Below are positions 29,261 through 41,551 of a stretch of DNA of 64,000 nt, in pieces. The notes below the pieces were generated by a model. It ran no database searches. It was not told where the DNA came from and worked only from the letters and a program-made list of their open reading frames with translations. The stretch spans positions 157,356,001 to 157,420,000 of the forward strand of contig NC_042998.1 in NCBI RefSeq assembly GCF_006345805.1. The letters run 5' to 3'. Positions within the stretch are counted from its first letter, which is position 1; every line of letters begins with the position of its first letter. Both the position numbers and the translations under genes were made by a program. This stretch comes from Octopus sinensis. Its lineage: Eukaryota.

Positions 29261-30212
29261 ATCTGTTGAAGATTGTGACTTTTTGCCCTTTTTTGATCAA
29301 ACTGCCAACGACAAAGTGCCGAGACCGATACTAACACCTTGGACAATATACTAGACTCTGCATGCAACAGAGTTAGGCATCAAACATTATTGGTGAAACC
29401 CCTCTTGTTCTGATACATTGTCATCAGTGTTAACACTTGTCAGATCACAAAACTGGGAATTCTACCGTTTTGCAGGTTTCTAGTAGAATTGTGTAAAGAG
29501 CTCGAGGAACAAGTCTGACATTATTGTAAATCTCGAAGGTCAAACCTTCTATACACCGTCATCACTGTAACTATTGGTCCTCAATTGCTGTTGTCGGTCT
29601 ATATAGCTACCCAAATCCTCAGACGAGAATCAAGTAAGTTGTTGGAGTATTTTATACCACTCTAAAACCGATTTTGTTGTTTCTCTTGTGTCAATTTGTG
29701 TTCTTTAAAACAGTGGTTTAACTAATAGATACGATTAAATAAGTACCATACTGAGATAAAGATTAAAACCCTTGAAGGTAATGTTGCAGTATGTCCGTAG
29801 TCCGATGATTTGAACAAGAAAAAAAAGGACAATAATAACAGAAAGCAACAATAAACAACTAACTGGAAATAACGAAAGCGATCTAAATCTTGTGACACGT
29901 GTAAAACTTTAACATCTGTTACACGGAAACAGCAGTAATGGTTTATTGACGCCAAACAAGAATTAATTATTTTAACTATCTGTTAAACTATTTCTTGTAA
30001 TTCAAACAGCTGTGACCAAACTTTCTACTGCAAATCTATAATAAGAAAGTCAAACATTTGTTAATCAAGCTTACCACGGGCATACAGACGCGCGCGCACG
30101 CGCACAAACACACATTTATATAAATTTAATCAAGCTTCTCTAGGTTGTCATTCTCATTGTTGCTTTGTCTGGTGCAAATTAACTTTAGTGCAGAAAATAT
30201 AAACATTAAGCG

Positions 30213-30411
30213 ATGCCGGCAGCCTTTCTATATGTTTTGCTTCTTGTGTTTCCAGTAGTAAAACCAGAAGTCCCAAGCAAACTTGTTTCAAAGTGTACAG
30301 GTAGTAAACACGTTCATGAACAGATAATTATGAATATAGATGGCGAAGAAGTGAATATGTCAAAATATAAAGGAAGTGTGGTCCTCGTTGTCAATGTCGC
30401 AACATTTTGTG
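30213..30411 (+). CDS. GPX: Glutathione peroxidase (GPx3-like, Cys-type), coding exon 1 with signal peptide
   Basis: MPAAFLYVLLLVFPVVKP...KYKGSVVLVVNVATFC-G; donor G|GTAAGT at 30411/30412 (phase 1); the peroxidatic codon is TGT at 30408-30410. Confidence 0.93.
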
Positions 30412-30689
30412 GTAAGTGAATAATACAGGTTTCGTGCGCTATGAAATTTTGAATGTTTCAATGTTCAGAAATAATCATGTTTATGTAGTGACATTTTTCA
30501 TACCACTGACGCTATGGAGTGTAAGGTTCCACTCTATAACTATTTTTATACTATTTCCCAACTCTTTATCATAATACATTTATATATACTTGCACATGCA
30601 TAAATACATATATATTTATACGATGTCTATACGTACGTAAGTACATATGTATATACGAATATATGTTCTCTTTCTTTTTTAATTTGGAA

Positions 30690-30820
30690 TATGTTTTGAC
30701 CGGCCGCCTACTTGGTAGCAAAGTTCTGAAGGAAAGCATCTTGTTTTGTTCGTCGTTCTTCAAATCTTAAGAAGGTCTTACAGATTTTTATAGTTCCATG
30801 TATCGTTATATATGATTGTG
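30690..30820 (-). mobile_element. Very short RLE-element 3' end next to (TACA)n
   Basis: 'QSYITIHGTIKICKTFLRFEE', homologous to the 16270-16455 C-terminus. Confidence 0.55.
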
Positions 30821-31045
30821 TATGTATGTATGTATGTATGTATGTATGTATGTATGTATGTATGGATATGCGTGGATGAAGCATAGCCGAATAGTTCTCT
30901 TTGTAATCAGGAGGCCCAGGATTCGATCCCATCGTGTAGCATTTTTCCATTTCCTTTGAATGCATTTATATATGTGCTTGCGTGTATTCAACTCAGCATT
31001 TTAAGATTTGAAAATACCAACTTGTTATATACCAAATTATTTTCC

Positions 31046-31139
<94 letters not shown>

Positions 31140-31235
31140 GTCTGTCTGTCTGTCTGTCTGTCTGTTTATTAATATATATATATAAATACATATATATATA
31201 TGAATCTATATGCATATATGCGTGTTTGCATGTAT

Positions 31236-31274
<39 letters not shown>

Positions 31275-31363
31275 ATATATATATATATTATATATATGAA
31301 TCTATATGCATTTATGCGTGTATGTATGTATATAGATATATAGATATATATATAAGTATATAT

Positions 31364-31439
<76 letters not shown>

Positions 31440-31654
31440 CAAAATTTAAAGGACTGTGTTTGCTGAGTTTTTTCTTGAGAGCACATTCTTCGTGGAAAAT
31501 AGCGATTTTGACGTCTAAATCTAGCATATTGACTGTCCACTTTTAGTGGTCAGTCCTTTAAATTTTGTATGTAAAAAATCTTTTAATCTTCGGATTTTTT
31601 TAATATGCTAGGCCACTGATTTTAATTGATTAATATCGATTTCTGCCCGTATTC

Positions 31655-31710
<56 letters not shown>

Positions 31711-31769
31711 TATTATATATATATATAATATATATATATATGTATATATATATATACATACATATATAT

Positions 31770-31860
31770 TAGGCGCAGGAGTGGCTGTGTGGTAAGTAGC
31801 TTGCTAACCAACCACATGGTTCCGGGTTCAGTCCCACAAGTGTCTTCTGCTATAGCCCTG

Positions 31861-31901
<41 letters not shown>

Positions 31902-32030
31902 ATATATGTATATATATGTATATATATATATATATACATACATATATACGACGGGCTTCTTTCAGTTTCCGTCTACCAAATCCACTCACAAGGCATTGGT
32001 CGGCCCGGGGCTATAGCAGAAGACGCTTTC
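31770..32030. mobile_element. Two SINE family 2 fragments in opposite orientation around (TA)n
   Basis: + head at 31770-31860; minus-strand body at 31948-32030. Confidence 0.7.
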
Positions 32031-35000
32031 TTCCATGATAACGAGGATTTAAAACAGAACGGGACTGTAACATCATCCGAATATAAGAAGCTTTTCAAGT
32101 CGAGGGAGACACCCCCACCTAATCCCAGACTGAAGAAATTTGAGAACGACTTATGGGACATTGTAAGGAGCATTAAATTCCGGAAGTTGCCCCTTAGGAA
32201 TGAACACCTTAGATACCTCGGGAAAATCACTAAGGATATAAACAGCTCAGACGGAATCCTGGTCCAATCTGATAAAACAAGGAATACTTACAAGCTACCT
32301 ATAAACCAGTATTTAGAATTACTCAAGAAAGAAATCCAGAAGAATTACAGAACTACAAATAAGAATACTTAGAAGAGTCAATTTGGAGATTAAGGAAATT
32401 ATGGTAAATTATGGGCTTCAAATGAAAACACAACCGCTTAACCCAAGGCAACCTAGATTCATCGTTAAGGACCATAAACCAAATTTTCACACCAATCCAG
32501 CATTAAGGCTCATATGCCCTTCTAGTTCAGACATCGGTTCCATCAGTAAGTACATTTTAGACAAATACATACCTAGATTAGTTAATAAGCTTAAGCTTAA
32601 CCTTTGGGCGAGCTCCTCGCAAGTCGTAAATTGGTTTTCTTCCATTTCTAATAAAAACAGAACTAAGTTCATTCAGTTCGATATTGCTAATTTCTACCCC
32701 TCGATAAACCCTAGTGTACTCAATAAGGCCCTATGGCATGCGCATAATAAGGCAGGCCTCTCAAGGGAGGAAATTAATATAATTCTAGTGGCTAGAAAAT
32801 CCTTTATACAGTTTGAAGATAAGTTATGGGTCCGTAAGGATACTCCCAACGAATTCGATGTGCCAATGGGAAGCTCAGATAGCGCCCAGATAGCCGATTT
32901 GGTCGGAATCTATATTCTCTATGAATTAGCCGACCAATTCCCGGACATCTGCGGCGGTCTATATCGTGACGATTGTCTGTTTTACCTACAGAATGCCCCG
33001 AACAGAATGATACAGAAAACTAAAAATAGATTAGCTAGGTTCTTTAGTAGGATGGGCATGAACATAGTTTTCGACAACGAACTAACTAAGGCCAATTTCT
33101 TAGATGTTACACTAAATCTGCATAGCAATTCTTACTGCCCCTACCATAAACCTTCCACAAACCTAAAATATCTCACAGATAATTTAGTTATAAATATTTC
33201 TTTACGATTATCAAATTTATCTGCCATCGTCGACATTTTTAAGCATAAAGCGGAATTCTATAATGCCGCCCTGTCAAAAGCCGGTTATAGGGAAAAGGTA
33301 GCATATATAGACCAGGCCCTTCCGAAACCAGTATTTGCTCATCAGGATAAGTCAACTTACAATAATATAAATAATATAAGTAGTGATGGTAGCTCTAGAA
33401 ATGTCATCACAAATATAACTAACATAAATAAGTTGCGGTCCAAGGGAGACCATCGTAGGCCAAAACCCATTCTTCAACACAGAGATGCCCCCCTTAATGT
33501 AAGAGTTAACACTCCGAGCCAGTACAAAAACAGAAAAACTATATCTGGTTTGTGATTCCCTTTGGAAAACAAATCGGATCTAACCTCCCTTTACAGTTTC
33601 GCCAAGCCATTGCCAGGAATTTTCCCAGAAATTCGAGATATTTCTCCACTATAAATTCGTACAAAGTAAGGATTGCTTTATCAAATACTAAAAATCTCTC
33701 ACAGATAATTGCCTCCCATAACAATAAGCTGCTAAATAAGGTCTCGTCTACCATGAGCAGAGACACCGCCCTGTCAAATTCCAACATAACATATATCTTT
33801 ACATACAAAATAATAATAATAATAATAGAAATAGCACAGATATTAGCAGCCTTCATACCAGTATTGGCGTTAGTAATAGTAATAAGGATAAGAGCACTGG
33901 CCTGGCCATTAACGGAGGGGGTCTCAACAATAATAGTAGCAGCGTTTTTAACAACAGTAGTTTTACGGACAATAACAATCACAGCATTCCCAGAAACAGG
34001 GAATGTGCAGGTGATATTGCCTTAAATAGTAATGAAAATAGGTTGAATAGTATCGAATCCAGCAGTAATTTTTACAACCATCATAGAAATAAGAACGCTG
34101 TATTAGTATCGGAAACTAATCCCAATAGATTAAGGTTCTTATCAAATAACTCCAAAATTAGAAACACCACTTACCAGTGCAAAATTTCTACTGGATCCGA
34201 TGTCTACCTCTATATTGGCGCAACCTTCTATATTAGCCACAAGGACATCAAATAATTTTTCCACGTTTCGTGATAAGAGTAAACAGCACACCACGGGGCT
34301 AAGCAAATTAGTCTGGCGTTTGAAGAACGTAAATTCAACTTTTAAGCTGGAATGGTCAATATTATCGGTGTCCTTACCGTTTGATAAGGGCAGAAAAATC
34401 TGTGCCCTCTGTAATTCCGAACTCTTTCATATTCTGTTTGCCCGAGGCCAAGTAATAAACTCGATTGTCGAGAGATCTTTCAGATGCCTTCACTGGAAAA
34501 AGCATACCTTTCACTCATACCAATGAAGTCTAATATAGATAACCCCTGGATTTCCTACAAAATTAAAATGTGATATCTCATCCATTTAGTTTATAAGACT
34601 TTCTCATAATTGCTAAGAACTACTACCAATTCCAGCAGTAACCTTGTTTCTTGTCATTACTATTGTGGGCTCCATCTGCCCTCTCCCTCTTAAGTTGATA
34701 CATTCGAACACACAGACACAGTCTTTTCACCTCCTGACCGTTAATTCTTTCTCTCTGCCTTCTACACACACATTCACCCATTCACAGACACACACACACA
34801 CACACACATTAAGGCAATTTTACACACTCATACATACGAGCACTCACTCATAATATAAATCATATATAAACACCAGTCATACAGAACACATTCCCTCACT
34901 TTAATTTTCCTTTACCTTCCTTCTCCAACCTTGATTGAACCCTTGAACTATTTTAACTGACATTTTCTCCTACTTTCAACCAATCTGGCGTCACCCCCTA

Positions 35001-35290
35001 TAAATAGACATTATTTATCATTATCTCTATGGGCTCCTCGTGAGCAGTCATCGAAAAACTTGTTGTGCATTTTGTTGGAGATTTAAGTTCCTGGATTTTC
35101 CTGAAGAGAAAGCTGCATAATGGACTCCTTATTCATTCGGAATTAGGGATTTTGCAGACTTCGAAACATATGTCGAAAATAAAATAAAGGAATTTTGTTA
35201 AATCTTCGTTCAGCTCCATTCTTTCCTATACTTAATATATTAAATTAAACTTCAAATTTCCGCACTAAGGCACGGAGTTTATGCCCTATG
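32031..35290 (+). mobile_element. Penelope-like element: RT, C-terminal GIY-YIG endonuclease and 3' pseudo-LTR with hammerhead
   Basis: RT 'FIQFDIANFYPSI', 'FDVPMGS', 'GLYRDD', 'NFLDVTL'; endonuclease 'YQCKI..YLYIGAT', 'LSKLVWRLK', 'CALCNSE', 'CLHWKK'; only a few stops/frameshifts. Confidence 0.92.
35095..35180 (+). ncRNA. Type I hammerhead ribozyme with an intact core
   Basis: Stem I ATTTTC/GAAAAT; CTGAAGA at 35101-35107; extended stem II 35108-35162; GAAA; stem III AC-ATAT-GT; GUC cleavage triplet ending at 35174. Confidence 0.85.
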
Positions 35291-35379
35291 GTCGTAACTT
35301 CAACCGTGCTTTTTCTGTTGTGAGTTTGCTACCCAGGTATCGGTTATCTTTCGAATTATCCGTAATAAGATAATTCATT

Positions 35380-35459
<80 letters not shown>

Positions 35460-35463
<4 letters not shown>

Positions 35464-35678
35464 CATGTATGTGTTTGTGTGTCTGTATTTGTCCCCCTAG
35501 CATTGCTTGACAACCGATGCTGGTGTGCTATGTCCCCGTTACTTAGCGGTTCGGCAAAAGAGACCGATAGAATAAGTACTGAGCTTACAAAAGAATAAGT
35601 CCCGTGGTCGAGTTGCTCAATTAAAGGCGGTGCTCCAGCATGGCCGCAGTCAAATGACTGAAACAAGTAAAAGAGTAT
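35460..35678 (+). mobile_element. SINE family 2, 3' half
   Basis: Reverse complement of 37160-37360. Confidence 0.8.
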
Positions 35679-35682
35679 ATAT

Positions 35683-36780
35683 TTTGATCTCTGATCATTA
35701 TGATCTTAGTTCTCATCAGAGGAAGTCACAGGTGTACCGGGTTAAAAAGGGCAGCTCACCTCGTGCAACCCATGAGAAAAACCATTGAAAGCCAGCCCTA
35801 TATTATTTAAAGCGGTCAAGATGCATCGTATAAATACAATATGATGTTACGATATATTAATACATTAAAAATATATTAAATATATTATAGGTGACCCTTT
35901 AGTAATTAAAACCTACAGGCAAGTTAATGAACAATGGTACAAAACAGTACCGGCAATTGCTAGAAAAAGTGTCAAAAAGACTCGAAATAGCCACACGGAA
36001 CACTCACATCGTGAATTGACGGAAAGCATTGGAGCGAGCTGAAGCAACTTTCCATGGTGAGATAAAGTCACAGAATGAAGTAAATAGACATATCCTTATC
36101 ACGTGGTTTCGAATTCTGATCACTATGATCTTAGTTCTCATCAGAGGAACTCACTGTTACTCCTGGTTTAAAAAGGTAGCTCGCCTCGTACAACCCATGA
36201 GAAAAATTGTTTAAAGCCAGAGCTAAATTCAAAACGGTCAAGGTTTATAGTATTACAATATATTAATATATTTAAAATATACGAAATATATTATAATATA
36301 GGTGGCCCATTAGAAATTTAAACCTAAAGGCGAGTTAATAAACAGGGGTACAAAATAGTACCAGCATTTGCTAGAAATAAGTATTAAAAAGATTCGAAAT
36401 ATCCACACAGAGCACTAACCCCATGAATTGATGGAAAGCATGGGAGCGAGCTAAAGCACCTTTCCATGGTGAGATAAACTCATAAAATAAAGTTTACAGA
36501 CATATCGCTATCACGTGATTTCGATCTCTGATCATTATGTTCTTAGTTCTCTGACCATGGAAATGCGCTTTAGCTCATTCCGACATTTGCCTTCAATTCA
36601 TGTAGTTAGTGCTCTGAGTGGCTATTTCAAATCGTTTTGAATGTTATTTCTAGCAATTGCCGGTACTATTTTATATTCTTGTTTATTAACTTGCCCGTAG
36701 GTTCTTATTGCTAACGGGCCAACTATATTATATTTAATATATTTTTAATATATTAGTATATTGTAATATCTTACTATAGA
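35683..36780 (-). mobile_element. Non-coding tandem plus inverted array of ~410-425 nt hammerhead-containing monomers (retrozyme-like or PLE pseudo-LTR array)
   Basis: Core 'tcatcag' at 35713 and 36138 (425 nt apart); stem III 'tatcacgtg' at 36097 and 36509 (412 nt apart); 36552-36780 is an inverted partial monomer. Confidence 0.8.
36093..36148 (-). ncRNA. Type I hammerhead ribozyme at a monomer junction
   Basis: Minus strand TCCT-CTGATGA-GAActaaGATCAtagTGATCagaaTTC-GAAA-CCACGTGA-TA-AGGA; AUA cleavage triplet; one stem III mismatch that is a T:A pair in the next monomer. Confidence 0.8.
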
Positions 36781-36931
36781 TAGAGCAGTTGTATACTGTC
36801 AACTTAACGTGACAGTCCCATAAAGAGAATCACACCACCGCTATTTAGCCCTGGGAAGCATCAACGCTTCCTGTCGGCCTTGACACATTTTCTGTGTCCT
36901 TATATTTACAAGGGTGAGGCAAGCATCCCCA

Positions 36932-36973
36932 TCCAGAGGCATGTTTCTGAGTCTTGCTCGTCATCAGTCTGGA
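36932..36973 (-). ncRNA. Degenerate type I hammerhead of a different family
   Basis: TCCAGA-CTGATGA-cGAGcaagaCTCa-GAAAC-AT-GCC-TCTGGA; perfect 6-bp stem I, but GUC is changed to GCC. Confidence 0.65.
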
Positions 36974-37159
36974 GTAGCATGGCTTGCTAGCTGGCTGCAG
37001 ATACCTGTCTAGACCTTGTAAACATATATAATTTCAGTGAAGTAAATTCACTGATCACAAAAATTAGGAATATTAAATTTCTAAATATCTCAGAGAGATA
37101 TAAGCAGTGTTGGAAAGATAAAGCAGTTGTATACTCTTTCTCTCTTTCTCTTTTCTCTT

Positions 37160-37358
37160 TTACTTGTTTCAGTCATTTGACTGCGGCCATGCTGGAGCAC
37201 CGCCTTTAATCGAGCAAACTCGACCTCGGGACTTATTCTTTTGTAAGTCCAGTACTTATTCTATCGGTCTCTTTTGCCGAACCGCTAAGTAACGGAAACA
37301 TAAACACACCAGCATCGGTTGTAAAGCAATGCTAGGGGGACAAACACAGACACACAAT

Positions 37359-37408
<50 letters not shown>

Positions 37409-37545
37409 CATATATATGACAGGCTTCTTTCAGTTTCCGTCTACCAAATCTACTCACAAGGCTTTGGTCGGCCCGAGGCTATAGTAGAAGAGACTTGCCC
37501 AAGGTGCCACGCAGTGGGACTGAACCCGGAACCTTTAAATTGGCA
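37160..37545 (-). mobile_element. SINE family 2, near full length
   Basis: Head, (TG)n/(TA)n middle and 3' 'gactgaaacaagtaaaagag'. Confidence 0.85.
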
Positions 37546-37648
37546 GCAGTTCGAAATTGATGCAAGAGCCAAGAGTTTTGAGCATTCCCCAAACTTCTGC
37601 TGATTATATCACACACACACACAACATAAAGGAATATGTCTTTTTTTT

Positions 37649-37699
<51 letters not shown>

Positions 37700-38463
37700 T
37701 GTATGTATATGTAATAATTTTCCATTTGGCTATACACTTGGTAGTATGCCATTCAAAGCATATTCACTCTCTTCGACTACTTCATGTCATCAACAGTATA
37801 AGTGTGAATGTATTTACTTCAGGAATTCCTTCGTGTCCATCGAGTATATAACATATGAGAGGAACAGAAAATGGAAATCATGAGATTCTTTATTAATCAC
37901 TACGATCGTTCCGATCCATCCACCATCGGTCCCTCGAGGATGAGATTCTGTGTACATCATTCAATGCAGATGTGCAGGTGTCTTTTCAAAAGGTAGCTCA
38001 CTCATGAAACTCAGTTTCGATTCGTTCGATTATAATACTTTTCATTATTTGCTACCAAGGGAGAACATGGTTTAGAATGATTTGGAATGAAATATAATTC
38101 TCTTTATAGGTAATTAACTTACTCGTTATTAATTATAAGGAAAACACGTATATAAGAATCATAGATAAAACATAAATATAAAGTAAACAGTTACTACGAT
38201 TGCGTTGATAAAGATATACATTAAATAAAGTTTTAAAATAATAAGACAACTAAGTATGGTGCGAAGAGACAAACAACAAAGACGCAATCGAGCGCTGAAG
38301 TAAACATTTGGCGACTATAGTATTTTATGGGGGTAAAGATATACACCCATACAAGTCTATGCACGCCTATATTTACACATACGAAAACACGTTCACCCCA
38401 CTCTTTATCTCCAGCTCACATATACCGAGCAGTTCGGCCAACCTCTGTGTTCACCCCACTCCC

Positions 38464-40180
38464 CGCTGTAAAACAATGAAAGAAAAAACGGAAATGTGAA
38501 TAACCTTTTCTATGGGTATTTTGTGTGTAGATCACGAATATAACATCTATTTCTTTCTGTGACCCTCCAGTTTCATGTAAATTAACAACTTACTTACGTT
38601 AAATACACTGATGGCTCCGTAAGAATTGAGCACAAACAGGATTGGGCCGAAACTGACATCTCTAAAAGTTAGGAACGGATTTTGAATGGGGTATTCCTAA
38701 GGCATTTTCAACCTAACCTATGAAAATTATAAAAGTACATTCAATTTTTTTATAGTAATATGTGTCTAAATCCGTGGTAATTCTGATAAGAAACCACACC
38801 TCATCCCCCAATGAGCTTGTTTGTGATCTAACACTTACTAAGCAACAGTGGGAAGTCTTGGCTTTACATCTGCAGCAATGGAACCTGTTGGATAAAGATA
38901 CTCGAATTACAGTACTTAAGAAGCGTTCTGCTGATCTACAGCTATTTTATACTTTGGAAAACAACTTTACTTATTTTAATGATATCAGAGACCTATTCAA
39001 TACCATTGAGCTGACTTATGAGCCAAATGGGTGGAGATTATTCATAGATGCATCCCTTTACAGCATAAAGACGGTTATGTTGCACATTGAGAGCACCATG
39101 CCTTCAGTTCCAATTGTTCACTCAGTCATTTTAAGAGAGATCTCGCTTTTATTCTAGACCGCATGAGTGGCTAACTTGTGCGGATTTGAAAGTAGTAGCC
39201 CTACGTAATGGGCTATAAACTGGATACAACAAGTTCATGTGCTTCCTTTGCAAGTGGGACAGTATGGCCAGATCAGAACATTATATACGCTCAGATTGAC
39301 CACCTCGGGAAACTATGACGCCTGGATGCCATAATGTAAATCACGAGCCACTAGTTAAAAAGGAGAAAATCATTTTGCCACCACTGCATATAAAACTAGG
39401 CCTAATGACGCAATTTCCCAAAGCACTGCAACATAACATACTATGTTTCCAGTTCCTCAAGGTGATCTTCCTAAAATAAGTCATGCCAAGATTTAAGAGA
39501 GCATATTCGTAGGACCTCAGATTCGTCAACTTAAAGCCGATGAGGACTTCGAGGTGACAATGGATGAAACTGAGCAAGCGGTCTGGCATGCATTCAAAGA
39601 TGTATGCAAAGGAATCTGGGAAAGCACTAAGTGGTCCAGCGAGAGAGTATAGTGGAGAGCCTAATCAAGTGCTACCAAAATTTCGAACGCAATATCTCAC
39701 TGAAGATACACTTTCTTCATTCTCATCTTTCCTTCTTCGGAAAGAATGCAGGAGATAAACATGGAGAGAGGTTACATCAAGATATAGCGTCAATGGAAAA
39801 CAGGTATAAAGGAAAATGTAGCCCATCTATGCTGGCTGACTTCTGCTGAAACCTGAAGCGTGACACACCTGAGACGTCTTATAAACGAAGAAGTAAATAC
39901 TAAAATGTAGTTAATACATTACATAGTACTAACAAACATGGTTATTCGTTATATATTTATGAATTAATTACAATAGATATATTTGAGAGCAAAATAAATT
40001 TATGGTGTCGGGGAAATTGGTATAAATTGTTTGCATAATTATTAAGTCAGTAATTTACAAGAAAATGTGATGTGATGGGAAATTTTTGTTATAAAATTCG
40101 AATTTGGCACAATCAACTTCATAATGAAATGTACATGAGAAATATGTTTTTTTCTTGGCCCTAAAATTTGCTGTACAGTG
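38464..40180 (+). mobile_element. DNA transposon relic, probably CMC/Chapaev3 type
   Basis: 'WRLFIDAS..SIKTVMLH..MPSVPIVHS', 'GYNKFMCFLCKWDS', 'ILPPLHIKLGL', 'VGPQIR', 'HGERLHQDIASMENRYKG..MLADFC'; imperfect termini cgctgtaaaacaat...tttgctgtacagtg. Family name is from memory of these motifs. Confidence 0.7.
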
Positions 40181-41551
40181 TTGTTTTCTGTATAGAGAAG
40201 GCAAGATGGCACTAGAAAATTTATGCTGAATCTAAAGTATTGTTTGTATATCAAATTTGTTTTTCTGTCAACCAAATATCTGACTTATGACAGCTCTAAG
40301 CATGTTTGTGCGTAGTTATGCTTTCTAAACAATGTTTTCAATATATCTTCTAAATATTGTGGAGATACTGTATACAAATCATAATACTTTTGTTTTCTGT
40401 TTCCGTGATAAGGTTACGTCATTGAATCTGACAGTTAGTTGGATTTGATGTCCTCTAGTATTTCCGATATAAAGGAAGGCCTTTTTGTTTGCTCGGTATT
40501 TCTCTTAGTTTATTAGAATTTTGAGTGAGTGACATAGAATTAGAGCACTTGTACTACTGTGTCAGGAATATCGTAAGAAAATGTGAATGGAAATTCATCA
40601 GTAAATGTGACTGTTCGTACAATTTGAAGCGGTACGGAAACATTGTATGGAAAATAGTGGGTGATGTGATGAATGTTTGTGGTACACTGTTCGGGAAAAT
40701 TGCAAATTATGAAGTTTTTACTTTCGCACATTATAGGCTTGACGACAGGATAGATATCCTCCTGTTTTCTGTTGTTTCTTGTGATGTTTGTAATCTTGTG
40801 TTTTTGAAAGGGTAACTGAAATAGAATGGAAGCATTAGAATGACATAGAAAATGTTTCAGGAACAAAACTATATTAATACAAGCAAATATATAAGGTGAT
40901 TAATTTTATTTATGAAGAGGTGGTTGTAACCTACTAGCTTCATTCAAGCCAAAATAACATCCGCCTACTCGGGCTTCAGCCACATTTTCTTCAGAAGAAA
41001 CCGAAGTAACGTTTAACGTTTCGGATTGTGGTTTTCTATAAAGAAAAAAAATCTGAGAAGTAAAAAAAAAATGAGATTAAAAGATGCCACGGGTTAATGT
41101 TTTGCTGTGAAAACACTTATGTTAAACAAATGAAATGAATGAAATGGATGACGGGTGTCTTTAGAATGGAATACTATTTTCATTCTAAAGTGTGGTTGTC
41201 TGTCATGGGAGATAACATACGAACAAGTTGGTGTTTGTGCATGATAGGGTCTGTCTGCGTGTGTTTAATGTAAATAAGGGTGATAAGAAGACGAAAATGC
41301 CATACATGTGCATGCTTGTAGGTAAGTATGTGCGCGTGTATTAAATTGTGTGCAAGTGAGTGTGTGCCGCTGCGTATTGGGAATGATGCACAAAGGTATA
41401 CTTGTCTCATAAATGAACAGTGGAAATGTATAACATTCGTAGAAGTGTACTCGGAGTTGGTAGAACGTCTCTCTTCTTTGAGTTGAAATACTACCGTGGT
41501 TAACTTTCGTTTGTATTTTTTCGGTTCGACAAAAGTACCAATCCAGTGTGG

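Noticed and set aside
30408-30410. Possible selenocysteine codon in GPx
   Set aside because: The codon is TGT (Cys), not TGA.
33552-34025. 157-aa ORF with an apparent transmembrane C-terminus
   Set aside because: The hydrophobic half is the off-frame reading of the Asn/Ser-rich PLE linker after a frameshift.
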